The notes under the pieces were generated by a model that saw nothing but the letters and a program-made list of their open reading frames with translations, searched no databases and had not been told where the DNA came from. Below are positions 47,917 through 57,403 of a DNA stretch of 64,000 bases, piece by piece (the first letter of the stretch is position 1; the number at the start of each line of letters is the position of its first letter). Origin of the DNA: Longimicrobiales bacterium (GTDB taxonomy: Bacteria; Gemmatimonadota; Gemmatimonadetes; Longimicrobiales; Gaopeijiaceae); assembly GCA_965219445.1 (NCBI GenBank), contig CBDCNQ010000004.1:1056001-1120000 (forward strand), in the 5' to 3' direction. The translations under genes were made by a program, and so were the position numbers.

Positions 47917-48772
47917 GCGGTGGCTCGGCCTGGTCCGCTCGCTGATCATGTACTGGCGGCCGGGCCGGCAGCGCGGGCTGCGGGAGCTATACCGCCCCTT
48001 CGTCGGAGCGGGGGATCTCGTCTTCGACGTGGGGGCGCACCTGGGCGACCGCACAGCGGCATTCCGGACGCTGGGCGCGCGCGTGGTAGCCTTGGAGCCC
48101 CAGCCCGCCGTGCGCCGCTGGCTCGTACGGCTGGTTGGGCGCAAGCCGGACGTCTCCGTGCGGGCGGAGGCGGTCGGGCGCGCGGTCGGCACCGCACGCC
48201 TGGTGCTGAGCCACCGTACGCCCACCGTGTCCTCGCTGGCCGAGGACTGGCCGAGCACGATGCCGGAACGGAACCGCGGCTTCCGCGGTGTGCGCTGGGA
48301 CGACTCGGTCGAGGTACCGGTGACGACCTTGGACGCGCTGATCGAGCACCATGGACTGCCGCGCTTCTGCAAAATCGACGTGGAGGGGTACGAAGCCGAG
48401 GTGTTGGCCGGCCTGAGCCACCGCATCCCTGCGCTCTCTGTCGAGTTCGTGGCAGGGGCGCTGGACATCGCCCAGGCCTGCGTGCGGAGGCTCGAAGCGC
48501 TGGGTGGGTACGAGTTCAACGCGGTCGTAGGAGAGGAGAGGAGCTTCATGTCGAAGCGGTGGCTTGGGGCCGATGACATGGTCGCCTGGTTGAGGCGCGG
48601 TGGGGCGAGTGTTTCTTCGGGGGACGTCTACGCCCGGCTGAGGAGTGAAGTCGAGCAGAGGGGCGAAGCCGAGCAGAGGGGCGAAACAGACACCGTGAGA
48701 GACGCTGAGTCCGACCGGGGCGCTGGGGACGGCGAGCCCGATCGGGGCGCCGAGGCCGCGAACGATGGCTGA
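47897..48772 (+). CDS. FkbM family methyltransferase
   Basis: FDVGAHLG, ALEPQP, TTLDAL, KIDVEGYE. Confidence 0.92.
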   Translation: MGWTRAERWLGLVRSLIMYWRPGRQRGLRELYRPFVGAGDLVFDVGAHLGDRTAAFRTLGARVVALEPQPAVRRWLVRLVGRKPDVSVRAEAVGRAVGTARLVLSHRTPTVSSLAEDWPSTMPERNRGFRGVRWDDSVEVPVTTLDALIEHHGLPRFCKIDVEGYEAEVLAGLSHRIPALSVEFVAGALDIAQACVRRLEALGGYEFNAVVGEERSFMSKRWLGADDMVAWLRRGGASVSSGDVYARLRSEVEQRGEAEQRGETDTVRDAESDRGAGDGEPDRGAEAANDG

Positions 48773-49577
48773 CGGGGCGGTCCGGTGGTGGCAGTCGCTG
48801 ACGACGGTGGACGCCGGGGCGATCGAGCTGAGCGATCCGGTGGTCGTCCTGCCCATCGCCGCGATCGAACAGCACGGACCACACCTCCCCCTCTCCACCG
48901 ACCTCGATATCGGGCTCGGCTTGCTCTCGGAGGCGTTTCGGCGGCTGCCGGCCGACTTTCCGGCCTGGGCTCTGCCACCGCAGGCAATCGGTTGCAGCCG
49001 GGAGCACGCGCGCTTTCCGGGAACGCTCTCCCTCGAGCCGGACCAGCTCTCCACTCTGATCGAGGAGGCGGGTGACACCCTCGCGCAAATCGGGGTGCGG
49101 CGGATCGTGCTGAGCAACAGCCACGGTGGGAACCGGCCCGCGCTGGAGACAGCCGGTCTCAGGCTTCGCGACGAGCTGGGAATGCTGGTCGTGCACGCGA
49201 GCTGGTTCCGTTTTCCCCCTCCGGAAGACGTGGGTCTCCCTGAGGGGGAGTGGCGTCACGGCCTCCACGGCGGGGCGGTGGAGACGGCCATGATGATGCA
49301 TCTCCAGCCCGATCTGGTGCGCACCTCCGAAGTGGCTCGGGCGCGTTCCCTCGGAGAGGAGTTGGAGGAGACGCTACGCCGGGTGGCTCCGGCGGGTTCG
49401 GCCTCGTTCTCTTGGCTCGCCGGAGATCTCAACCCCGACGGTGTGGTTGGGGACGCGACGCTGGCCGACGCCGATCTGGGGGCGCGGCTCGTGTCGCACT
49501 ACGGGGCGGTGTTGGCGGATGTGATCGAGGACGCGCGGGCGTTCCCCCTGGACCGGCTGGTGGCGGACGCCCCGTGA
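48765..49577 (+). CDS. Creatininase family amidohydrolase
   Basis: LPIAAIEQHGPHLPLSTD, SREH..FPGTLSL, NSHGGN, HGGAVET. Confidence 0.92.
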   Translation: MADGAVRWWQSLTTVDAGAIELSDPVVVLPIAAIEQHGPHLPLSTDLDIGLGLLSEAFRRLPADFPAWALPPQAIGCSREHARFPGTLSLEPDQLSTLIEEAGDTLAQIGVRRIVLSNSHGGNRPALETAGLRLRDELGMLVVHASWFRFPPPEDVGLPEGEWRHGLHGGAVETAMMMHLQPDLVRTSEVARARSLGEELEETLRRVAPAGSASFSWLAGDLNPDGVVGDATLADADLGARLVSHYGAVLADVIEDARAFPLDRLVADAP

Positions 49578-49604
49578 GCGGTTCCGCGAAGGCGGCGTGT
49601 CCTG

Positions 49605-50513
49605 TTGGCTGAGGTCGACGCCCGGCTCGACGAAGCCGCCGCCTGGGCGCTGGTGCGTGCCGCCGTTCCGCACTCGGCCCTCGAGACCGGGCCTCGTCGT
49701 GTGGCTCATCCCTCGCGCCCGGAACTCTGGCTGGAGTTGAGCGAATCCGGAGGCTGGGATCTGTCGGCCCCACCCACGCCAGCCGCCCGAGATCTACTCG
49801 ACCTCTATCTGCCGCTCACGAGTGGGCCCGATTTCGTCATCGGGCAGCTCGGCCAGAGCCTGGACGGCCGCATCGCGACGGTGAGCGGGAGGTCCCACTA
49901 CATCACCGGACCAGAGGACATCCGCCGCCTCCACCGACTTCGGGCCCTGGTCGATGCCGTGATCGTGGGGGCCGGAACCGTGGCACAGGACGATCCGCTG
50001 CTCACCGTGAGGGAGGTCGAGGGGGAGAATCCGGTCCGCGTGGTGCTCGATCCGGACGGCCGCCTCGGGAAGGACCGCCGGGTCTTCTCGGACCGGGCGG
50101 CCCGGACACTCGTGATGCGGCGCGCGACGGCTCCCCCGGGCCGCTCCCGCGTGCCGAGGGATCAGCGGCCCGGCGCGGGCGAGGTATCGCCAGAGGATGG
50201 CTCCCGAGCCCCGGAGGTCCTCACTCTTTCCGCCTCGGACCCCGAGGGCTTCGAGCCGGGGGCCGTGCTGGAAGCGCTCCGTGCCCGTGGGCTTCGGCGG
50301 GTGCTCGTGGAGGGGGGAGGGGTCACGGTGTCGAGGTTCCTCGATGCCGGCCTCCTCGACCGGCTCCACCTGACCGTCGCGCCTCTCCTGATGGGCTCGG
50401 GCCGTCCGGGCATCACGCTTCCACAGATCGAGAGCCCCGACCAGTCGCTGCGGGTCCGGTGCCGTCACGTACCCCTGGGAGACGACCTCCTCTTCGATCT
50501 CGACCTGAGCTGA
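49605..50513 (+). CDS. RibD C-terminal (reductase-like) family protein, no deaminase domain
   Basis: GQSLDGRIAT, HRLRALVDAVIVGAGTV..DDP.LTVR, VLVEGGG, APLLMGSG. Confidence 0.9.
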   Translation: MAEVDARLDEAAAWALVRAAVPHSALETGPRRVAHPSRPELWLELSESGGWDLSAPPTPAARDLLDLYLPLTSGPDFVIGQLGQSLDGRIATVSGRSHYITGPEDIRRLHRLRALVDAVIVGAGTVAQDDPLLTVREVEGENPVRVVLDPDGRLGKDRRVFSDRAARTLVMRRATAPPGRSRVPRDQRPGAGEVSPEDGSRAPEVLTLSASDPEGFEPGAVLEALRARGLRRVLVEGGGVTVSRFLDAGLLDRLHLTVAPLLMGSGRPGITLPQIESPDQSLRVRCRHVPLGDDLLFDLDLS

Positions 50514-50556
50514 GCAGCACTGGGGATCACGGGGCGCCCAGCCTCAGGGGGGAGGA

Positions 50557-51375
50557 TCACGCGCCTGACCTCGGCGGGAGGGCCAGCAGGTCCACGTGTC
50601 CGACCTCGAGCCCGATCCCGGCGGCGGTCGTGGTGCGGCGGCGTTCGGCCCAATCCCGGATGAGCAGGGCGTCCTGGGGGCGCTGCTCCGAGGCAGCGGC
50701 CGTCCATACGTCGATCAGCTCGCGAAGCAGCGAAGTGTCGGCGTCGCCCAGGCGCCAAGGGCTCGGCCGGAGCCGGGTGTCGAATCCCGCCGCGCGGAAC
50801 GCGCGCTCCGCCGCCGGGCCCGCCGCCGGGCCGAGCGCCGGCCCCATTCCCTTGTCCCGGAGCTGATGGCTCCGCACCGCGTCCGTGACGAGCGCGTCGT
50901 CGGGGTCGGACTCACCCCAGGTCATCGTGCCGTCCCAGGTGAGCGTAAGCAGGGCCGCGTTCCCGGCCGCCCCGCATGCCGCGACGAGCCGCTCCAGCCA
51001 CTCGTGCGTCACCAGGTCCAGCAGCGCGGAGGCCGTCACGAGGTCGGCTCCGGGGACGAGTCCCAACCCTTCTCGGTCCAGCTCGCCCCGAACGCGCTCC
51101 ACCTGAGCCACCCCGGGGACGGCGACGGCCGCGCCCGTCGCCCGGTCGAGCAGCGCGGCGTCCCTGTCCACCAACGTCCACTCCTGCTCGCCCGGGAGCC
51201 GAGGCGCGAGGTAGCGGAGGTTGGATCCGGTGCCGCTGCCCAGGTCGAGCACCCGCCGGCTCGGACGGGACTCCCACCACTCGGTGAGGAGGGCCACGAG
51301 ATCGGCGGCGCGGGAGCGGTGATCCACCGGCTCGCGCAGTACCAGCCAGCCGGCGGTGAACGTCTTCTCACCCAC
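50557..51375 (-). CDS. Class I SAM-dependent methyltransferase
   Basis: WLVLREPVD..SR, LDLGSGTGSNLRYL, DLVTASALLDLV. Confidence 0.88.
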   Translation of the reverse strand: MGEKTFTAGWLVLREPVDHRSRAADLVALLTEWWESRPSRRVLDLGSGTGSNLRYLAPRLPGEQEWTLVDRDAALLDRATGAAVAVPGVAQVERVRGELDREGLGLVPGADLVTASALLDLVTHEWLERLVAACGAAGNAALLTLTWDGTMTWGESDPDDALVTDAVRSHQLRDKGMGPALGPAAGPAAERAFRAAGFDTRLRPSPWRLGDADTSLLRELIDVWTAAASEQRPQDALLIRDWAERRRTTTAAGIGLEVGHVDLLALPPRSGA

Positions 51376-52441
51376 CCGGCGAGATCTCCAGAACGGCCCG
51401 CTCGAAGGCCAGCGCCGCGTCGCTCCAGGTCGGGAGGGAGTGGCCGTGGCGGAGCGAGCCCTCGGCTAGGCCGGCCCTTCGGGCGGCCCCTTCCGGGCCC
51501 GAAACAAGCGCCTGCAGCGCTGCCGCCAGGGCCCGATCGTCCCCGGGGGGAAGGAGCACCCCCGCCTCGGGGGGCACGGTGTCCGGAACCGCTCCTACGT
51601 GCGTGCTCACGATCGGAAGCCCGCGGGCGAGGGCCTCGGCCAGCGCCATACCGTAGCCCTCGTAGTGCGTAGCCAGCACGAAGATCGAGGCGGAGTGATA
51701 GAGCACGTCGAGTTCCGGGGCGCCGAGCTCGCCGGGGAAGTCGATCCGGTCCTCCAGATTCAGCTCTCGCACCAGCGCCAGCACCGAGTCGGCGAATTCG
51801 GGCGTGTGCGTCAGGCTCCCGGCGCAGAGGCAGCTCCAGGGGAGGGCGGGGATGCGGGCGAGCGCGCGAACCAGCACGTCCTGCCCCTTTCGGGGGCTCA
51901 CCGAGCCCACGCACAGCAGGCGGGGAGGCTCGCCGGGCCCGGGGCCTACCGCGGCCTGCACCGGGTCCGTCCCGGGCGGTACCACGCGGACGCGCGAGGC
52001 CGGGACGCCGTACGCCCCGAGCCGGCGCGCCGTGAAGGCGCTCGTCACGAGCGCCCCGGCGCACTGCGCCAGAGACTCGCTCTCCAACCGGGCGAGACGC
52101 GAGCGCTCGGCGGACTCCAACCCCGTCTCGTCGGCAAGGGGATGGTGAATGAGGGCGATCAGTCGAAGGCGATCTGGGTGCGCCCGGAGAGGATCGGGAA
52201 GGGGGCTCATGGCGAGACCGTCCAGGACCACCCAGGCGCCCTGGGGGATCTCAGCAAGGGTGTGGGCGAGGCTGGACTCCGCGCACGCGTCGCCCTCGGG
52301 GAACGCGCCCTCGAGCCCGTGGGCGATCACCGTCCAGCCCAACGCGGTCAGGCCCTCGGCGATCCGCGCGTCGTAGAGGTAGCCGCCGGTCCGCTGCTCG
52401 AGCGGCCCGGGGACGATCAGATGAAGCTCACGCGCGCTCAA
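51368..52441 (-). CDS. GT4 glycosyltransferase
   Basis: [36 protein letters not shown]. Confidence 0.92.
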   Translation of the reverse strand: MSARELHLIVPGPLEQRTGGYLYDARIAEGLTALGWTVIAHGLEGAFPEGDACAESSLAHTLAEIPQGAWVVLDGLAMSPLPDPLRAHPDRLRLIALIHHPLADETGLESAERSRLARLESESLAQCAGALVTSAFTARRLGAYGVPASRVRVVPPGTDPVQAAVGPGPGEPPRLLCVGSVSPRKGQDVLVRALARIPALPWSCLCAGSLTHTPEFADSVLALVRELNLEDRIDFPGELGAPELDVLYHSASIFVLATHYEGYGMALAEALARGLPIVSTHVGAVPDTVPPEAGVLLPPGDDRALAAALQALVSGPEGAARRAGLAEGSLRHGHSLPTWSDAALAFERAVLEISPGG

Positions 52442-52836
52442 ACCGACCCTTCGTAGGACGCCCAGGCCACGTGCGACTCGTGAAGCGTCACGCTCAGCCG
52501 CTGGAGACCCTGCGCTCCGTCTCCGAGGTGGCCCCCTCGGATCGCTTCTACGAGCCGATCGAAGATGGTGCGCGCCAGGAACTCGGTCGTCGTGTTCTGC
52601 CCCGTGAACGCCACCTCGTCGTCCAGGTTCCGGTAGTCGAGCTCCGCGAGGACCGCCTTCAGGCTCGCGCTGGCGAGCCCGATGTCGACGACCAAGCCGT
52701 CAGCGTCGAGCTCGTCGCGCCTGAAGGTGGCGTCGACCACGTAGGTGGCTCCGTGGAGCCGCTGGGCCGGTCCGAAGACCTCGCCCCGGAAGCTGTGGGC
52801 GATCATGAAGTGATCGCGAACGTTCAAGCTATACAA
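52438..52836 (-). CDS. 6-pyruvoyl-tetrahydropterin synthase / QueD (COG0720) homologue, FGPAQ-type subfamily
   Basis: [32 protein letters not shown]; no CxxxHGH motif; TTG start after GGAG. Confidence 0.88.
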   Translation of the reverse strand: MYSLNVRDHFMIAHSFRGEVFGPAQRLHGATYVVDATFRRDELDADGLVVDIGLASASLKAVLAELDYRNLDDEVAFTGQNTTTEFLARTIFDRLVEAIRGGHLGDGAQGLQRLSVTLHESHVAWASYEGSV

Positions 52837-52886
52837 CGATTTGGTCTCCAGGCGGCTCCGGGCCGCAGTCAGGGTTGAGCGTACCG

Positions 52887-53879
52887 TCAGGGTTGAGCGT
52901 AGCGGATGCGGTGACACAGGACCCCCCGCCCGTCCTCGGCGAGGCGGCCCATCACCTCCGGGAGCGTCTCGAAGTCGCTCTCTCCCGAGATGAGGAGGTC
53001 GAGCCGCTCGTCGCAGAGGAGGTCGAGCGCGACCCCGAGCCGGCGAGAGTGATCCCAGCGCGGAGCCCGCTCCGCGGGGATGCCGCCCACCTGGCTGCTC
53101 CGGAGGGTGAGCCGGCGGGAGTGGAACGCCTCTCCCAGAGGGAGCGGAACGGACCGGGTGCCGTACCAGCTCAGCTCGACCACCGTGGCCTCGACACCTG
53201 CCACCGACAGGGCGGCTTCGAGGCCCTGCGGGCTTCCGCTCGCGTGGAAGACGAAATCGGCGTCGGCCCCGGCCGGGGCCCGATCGGAGAATTCCAGCCC
53301 CAGACCCCGGGCCACGCTCTCTCGTGAGGGGTCGACGTCCACCAGGCTCACTCGAGCCGCGGGAATCTGACGGCACAACCACGCGACGAGGAGCCCCACG
53401 ACCCCACCCCCGATTACGACGATCCTGTCGCCAGCCGAGGGTCGCGCGTCCCACACCGCGTTGAGGGCGGTCTCCATGTTCGCGCCGAGGACGGCGCGCT
53501 CGGGAGGCAGGCCGTCCGGCAGCACGCGCACGACCCTCGCCGGCACCAGATAGAGGTCCTGGTGAGGGTGGAGGCAGAAGACGTGCCGCCCGAGGAGCGA
53601 GGGTTCAGGCCGTTCCGGCGCCTCGAGGACTTCGCCCACGTTGCTGTACCCATATTTCACGGGCCCGGGAAAGTCGCCCTCTTGGAACGGCGCCCGCATC
53701 ACCTGGTGCTGGGACGGCGGCACCTCGCCCCGAAAGACTAGCGACTCCGTACCTCGGCTGATGCCGGAGTAAAGAGCACGCACGAGCACTTGGTCCGGCT
53801 CGCGGCTACCGAGCGGCGACGTGACGATTTCTCCGCGGCCCGGAGCATGGATCCAGAATTGGCGAGTGGTTCTCGGCAC
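52887..53879 (-). CDS. Medium-chain dehydrogenase/reductase (alcohol dehydrogenase superfamily)
   Basis: [45 protein letters not shown]. Confidence 0.88.
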   Translation of the reverse strand: MPRTTRQFWIHAPGRGEIVTSPLGSREPDQVLVRALYSGISRGTESLVFRGEVPPSQHQVMRAPFQEGDFPGPVKYGYSNVGEVLEAPERPEPSLLGRHVFCLHPHQDLYLVPARVVRVLPDGLPPERAVLGANMETALNAVWDARPSAGDRIVVIGGGVVGLLVAWLCRQIPAARVSLVDVDPSRESVARGLGLEFSDRAPAGADADFVFHASGSPQGLEAALSVAGVEATVVELSWYGTRSVPLPLGEAFHSRRLTLRSSQVGGIPAERAPRWDHSRRLGVALDLLCDERLDLLISGESDFETLPEVMGRLAEDGRGVLCHRIRYAQP

Positions 53880-53915
53880 GAGCGTTCTCGTTCCTCCGAA
53901 GTTAATGTCGTTCCC

Positions 53916-54680
53916 ATGAGTCGGACTACTTGGACGCAATCTCCGCCTCCCACTTCAAGGGAGGGCCCCTCGTGGCCGGTGGGCGATGTGGCGCTGGGGC
54001 TCCTACCCCTCTTGGGTGTGTCCCTCGCAACTTGCCGGATGCTCGCCCTTCCGACCAGCCACGCGTTTCTCGTCGTCGCGCCGTACGCCGCACTGGGCGC
54101 GCTGCTGCTCGCTAAGCTGCCACCCTCACACCCCGGGCCCGGCTTGGGGCCCGCCAACCGGCTGACGCTGGCCCGCGCCACTCTCGTGCTGCCTCTTGCG
54201 ACGCTGGCTCTCTTGCCCGGCAAGTTCACGGGAGCGGGCTACTGGTGGATCGTGGGGCTGTCCACAATAGCGCTGGTGCTGGACGGGCTCGACGGACACC
54301 TCGCGCGGCGAACCGGCACGGAGAGCGCCTTCGGAGCCCGCTTCGACCTGGAGCTCGACGCATTCCTGCTCCTGACGCTGTCCGCGTTGGTTTGGCGGAG
54401 CGGGAGCGTGGAGTCCTGGGTCCTGCTCGTCGGTGGGCTGCGATACCTCTTCGTACTCGGAGGGCTGTTGTGGCCAACGCTCCGGGGGGCGCTGCCGCCG
54501 AGCCTGCGGCGGAAGGTGATTTGCGTGGTGCAGGGGATCGTGCTCGTCGTCTGCCTGGCCCCCGTGACCCGGCCTGCGCCGGCCACCGCGCTCGCAGCCT
54601 CGGCCCTGCTCCTCCTCGTCTATTCGTTCGTCGTCGACACCTTGTGGCTGGCGCGGAGCCACGAGGGCAAGATCCAGTGA
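53916..54680 (+). CDS. CDP-alcohol phosphatidyltransferase family protein
   Basis: ANRLTLAR, DGLDGHLARRTGTESAFGARFDLELD signature, multiple TMs. Confidence 0.92.
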   Translation: MSRTTWTQSPPPTSREGPSWPVGDVALGLLPLLGVSLATCRMLALPTSHAFLVVAPYAALGALLLAKLPPSHPGPGLGPANRLTLARATLVLPLATLALLPGKFTGAGYWWIVGLSTIALVLDGLDGHLARRTGTESAFGARFDLELDAFLLLTLSALVWRSGSVESWVLLVGGLRYLFVLGGLLWPTLRGALPPSLRRKVICVVQGIVLVVCLAPVTRPAPATALAASALLLLVYSFVVDTLWLARSHEGKIQ

Positions 54681-54710
54681 CCGGCATAGATGGCATCAGA
54701 CATGGCGGAC

Positions 54711-56435
54711 TTATTCGCCATCCAACACCTGGAGCGCGATGAGCGAGGCTCCGTGGTTACTTCCGATCCAGAACGTCACCGGCGTCGTTGAATCGTCCAC
54801 GAACACACGGCGAATGTTGACGCCCTTTTCGGGTAGGAGATACTCGACAAACTCCCCCGTCCCGGGAATGAGCCGCACCACCCGATCGGTGAACATAGAC
54901 CCAGTCCAAACGTCGCCGTTCCTGTCGACGTGCGTATCGTACGGCTTGGTGCGAGGCGTTGGCGGGATCCACTCCTGGAACTGCTCGGTCCGAGGGTCGA
55001 ACATCCCAATCACGTTGCCACCGAATCCAGCGTACCAGACGCGGTCTTGCGAGTCGACCTCGCCCCTGCGCGGGCGCGACCCGAGCGTCGGCGTCTCATA
55101 GAGGTTGATTTCCCCGGTCTTGGCATCGATCCGACCGATGTGCTCGTTCGAGAAATCCATGAACCACAAGTTGTTCCGCGAGTCCGGTTGAATACCGTAT
55201 AGGTTGTGCGAGCTACGTGTCGACTTGAAGAACGGCTCGAAGGACTCGAATTCACCGGTCGCCAGGTCCAGACGGTGAACCCCGGCGATCGACCGGTTTT
55301 GGAGCCAGACCTTCCCGTCTACGTGGGAGCTCTCCGGAGCCGCGTGGTTGATCTGGAAGATGCGGGTGCCGTACGGCCCCTTTGGCTGCTCCAACTCATC
55401 GGGAACCTTCCACACCTGGAACTCCTCGCTTCGCCGATCAAATTTGAAAATGGAACCCTGAAACATGTTGCCCCCCCAGGGATTGCCATCTCGGTCCAAC
55501 TTCACGGCCAGGGTGCCGGTCGGATTGCCAGGTCTCGCCTCGGGAACTTGGTATTCCGTGACCTCGCCCGTCCGTGGGTCGAGCTTGCCCAAGTACTGTT
55601 GCCCGAAGTCGACGTACCACACCATGCCGTCCGGATCGACTTCCGCGTCGTGCGGCGCTGTCGATGGGTTCGGAAGATCGTACTCCGTAATGATCACCTG
55701 TGTGGCTCGGCCTGTAGGACGGGGGAAGGTCTTGAGGTCGTACTCCCGTTTACCTGAGCTCAAATTGATGCTGGCCAGGTAGTCGGCCTGCCGCCGCCGA
55801 GCCTCCTGCTGCCGCTCGCTCCGCTCGGCGAACGGTGTCACCTGGTCGGTGGGGCGCCTCTGCGGGTTGCCCGGGAAAGCCGACGTCACATAGCCATCCA
55901 TTCGTTCCAAGACGTGCAGCCAGGCGTCCGCATCGTACTGCGACCGCATGACTCGATCGAGCGTATGGCAGCGCACACAGGATTCGAACATGCGCTTCTG
56001 ATCTTCAGTCCCGGGAATGCTCTCGAGCCATTCCGCGTTCGTGAGCTGAGCCTCGAGGTCCTGGGTCGGGCGGAGCGCGAGATCGACTGTGGCCATCCCC
56101 GACGCCCCAATTTCCGTCGCTTTCGGACCCTCCAGATCATAGCCCACGGCGCGGATGCTGAGTGTATGCCGCCCCGCTTCCAGTCTGCCCACAGGAAAGC
56201 GATACCGTCCCTGAGCATCGCTGATCACGCTGACCGCGATCGTGGAACCCTCCCGCTTTGCAGTGACGACCACCCCCTCCATGGAGCCTTCCGCCGCGGA
56301 CGTGACCTGGCCGGTCACCGCGACCTCAGCTTGCGCGGGAGGCGCCAGCTCTGTTTGAGGAGCGAGAGTGACCAGCGCACCGGTGAGGACCGCCAGGGTC
56401 CCAATGACTCCGAACAGCATGCGCCTTCTCAGCAT
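54711..56435 (-). CDS. Secreted protein: carboxypeptidase-regulatory-like domain, monohaem (CVRCH) and Vgb-like beta-propeller
   Basis: GVVVTAK..SDAQGRYRF, CVRCH, PHDAEVDPDGMVWY, LDPRTGEVTEY repeats; AAGGAGG RBS. Confidence 0.85.
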   Translation of the reverse strand: MLRRRMLFGVIGTLAVLTGALVTLAPQTELAPPAQAEVAVTGQVTSAAEGSMEGVVVTAKREGSTIAVSVISDAQGRYRFPVGRLEAGRHTLSIRAVGYDLEGPKATEIGASGMATVDLALRPTQDLEAQLTNAEWLESIPGTEDQKRMFESCVRCHTLDRVMRSQYDADAWLHVLERMDGYVTSAFPGNPQRRPTDQVTPFAERSERQQEARRRQADYLASINLSSGKREYDLKTFPRPTGRATQVIITEYDLPNPSTAPHDAEVDPDGMVWYVDFGQQYLGKLDPRTGEVTEYQVPEARPGNPTGTLAVKLDRDGNPWGGNMFQGSIFKFDRRSEEFQVWKVPDELEQPKGPYGTRIFQINHAAPESSHVDGKVWLQNRSIAGVHRLDLATGEFESFEPFFKSTRSSHNLYGIQPDSRNNLWFMDFSNEHIGRIDAKTGEINLYETPTLGSRPRRGEVDSQDRVWYAGFGGNVIGMFDPRTEQFQEWIPPTPRTKPYDTHVDRNGDVWTGSMFTDRVVRLIPGTGEFVEYLLPEKGVNIRRVFVDDSTTPVTFWIGSNHGASLIALQVLDGE

Positions 56436-56657
56436 TGAAGCACCTCCTTGCGCCATATTGTGCGTTACCGGAACCGCGCCCGAGGTGAAGCCACGGAGAA
56501 GATGGGCCGCACCGCAATGCCGAGCAAGCAAGTGGATTTTTTTCTACTCAGTCCACGAGTAGCATTGTATCTTGTCTATGAACCACCCCACCCGGCCATT
56601 CTGCCCAACCAGTTGGCGTCCGAGTTAGGGGAATACCCTGTGCTTCGGAGGCTGGAA

Positions 56658-56882
56658 ATGAAGAAGGGATCTTTTTTCGTAACGGATGGCATTCCCGGTA
56701 TTGCCGCAAAAGGCGAAATCATCAAGATGGACGATAACGGCATACTCGTAGGCCGCTGGCTGCCGATGTCGAAGTATCCCCAGCTCATGAACAATCGTCA
56801 TCGTCTTCGCGCCCTCGCCCCGGGTTCATATTCCCCGGAAACCCGTCCACCACGTCGTCCTAGGGGTTCGTCGGCACTATAG
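56658..56882 (+). CDS. Small hypothetical protein
   Basis: GGAGG RBS, ATG and a protein-like 74-aa frame. Confidence 0.4.
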   Translation: MKKGSFFVTDGIPGIAAKGEIIKMDDNGILVGRWLPMSKYPQLMNNRHRLRALAPGSYSPETRPPRRPRGSSAL

Positions 56883-56960
56883 TCGGGACCATCTAGCGAG
56901 AACACTTCTGACGCTCGGCTCGAGCTTGGCGATCCCGGATGAGGAGACCTTGATCCTCAG

Positions 56961-57287
56961 ATGAGCAAGCGCCGAAAGCGACGGCGAAAGGGCGCCCCCA
57001 GCCCAACCCCTGCCCCAACCGGGATCGCCCAGCTCCTGAGCGAGATGGCCGTCGCCACGCTCGACCTACATGGTTACACGGCGGCCCAGGCTCGACCACG
57101 CCTGCGGGACTTCCTCACCACCCACTCTCGCATCTCAGCTGGAGGCGTGGTCCACGTCATCACCGGCAAGAGTACCGCCGTGCTCTTGGAACTCGTGCGA
57201 GACATGCTCGACAACGAGGCGGCTAGCCATGTCGACGAGTATGCGGGGATGTTGGGCGGAGGTGGGTGGGTGGTACGTGTGAAGTAA
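56961..57287 (+). CDS. Stand-alone Smr (small MutS-related) domain protein
   Basis: TLDLHGYT..QA..L..FL, VHVITGK, GGGWVVRVK. Confidence 0.8.
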   Translation: MSKRRKRRRKGAPSPTPAPTGIAQLLSEMAVATLDLHGYTAAQARPRLRDFLTTHSRISAGGVVHVITGKSTAVLLELVRDMLDNEAASHVDEYAGMLGGGGWVVRVK

Positions 57288-57403
57288 GCGGGGGTGCTTC
57301 GATCGCATCTCAGGCCAGAAGTGTGTCTCGGGAGCATCAACACACCGTAAACTGTTGCAAAGAGCCCACATAATGGCTTGTAAACGTGCCGGATCCCCGC
57401 GGC

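Noticed and set aside
52868..52901. 16-bp direct repeat GTCAGGGTTGAGCGTA
   Set aside because: Simple duplication of the dehydrogenase stop region with no evident function
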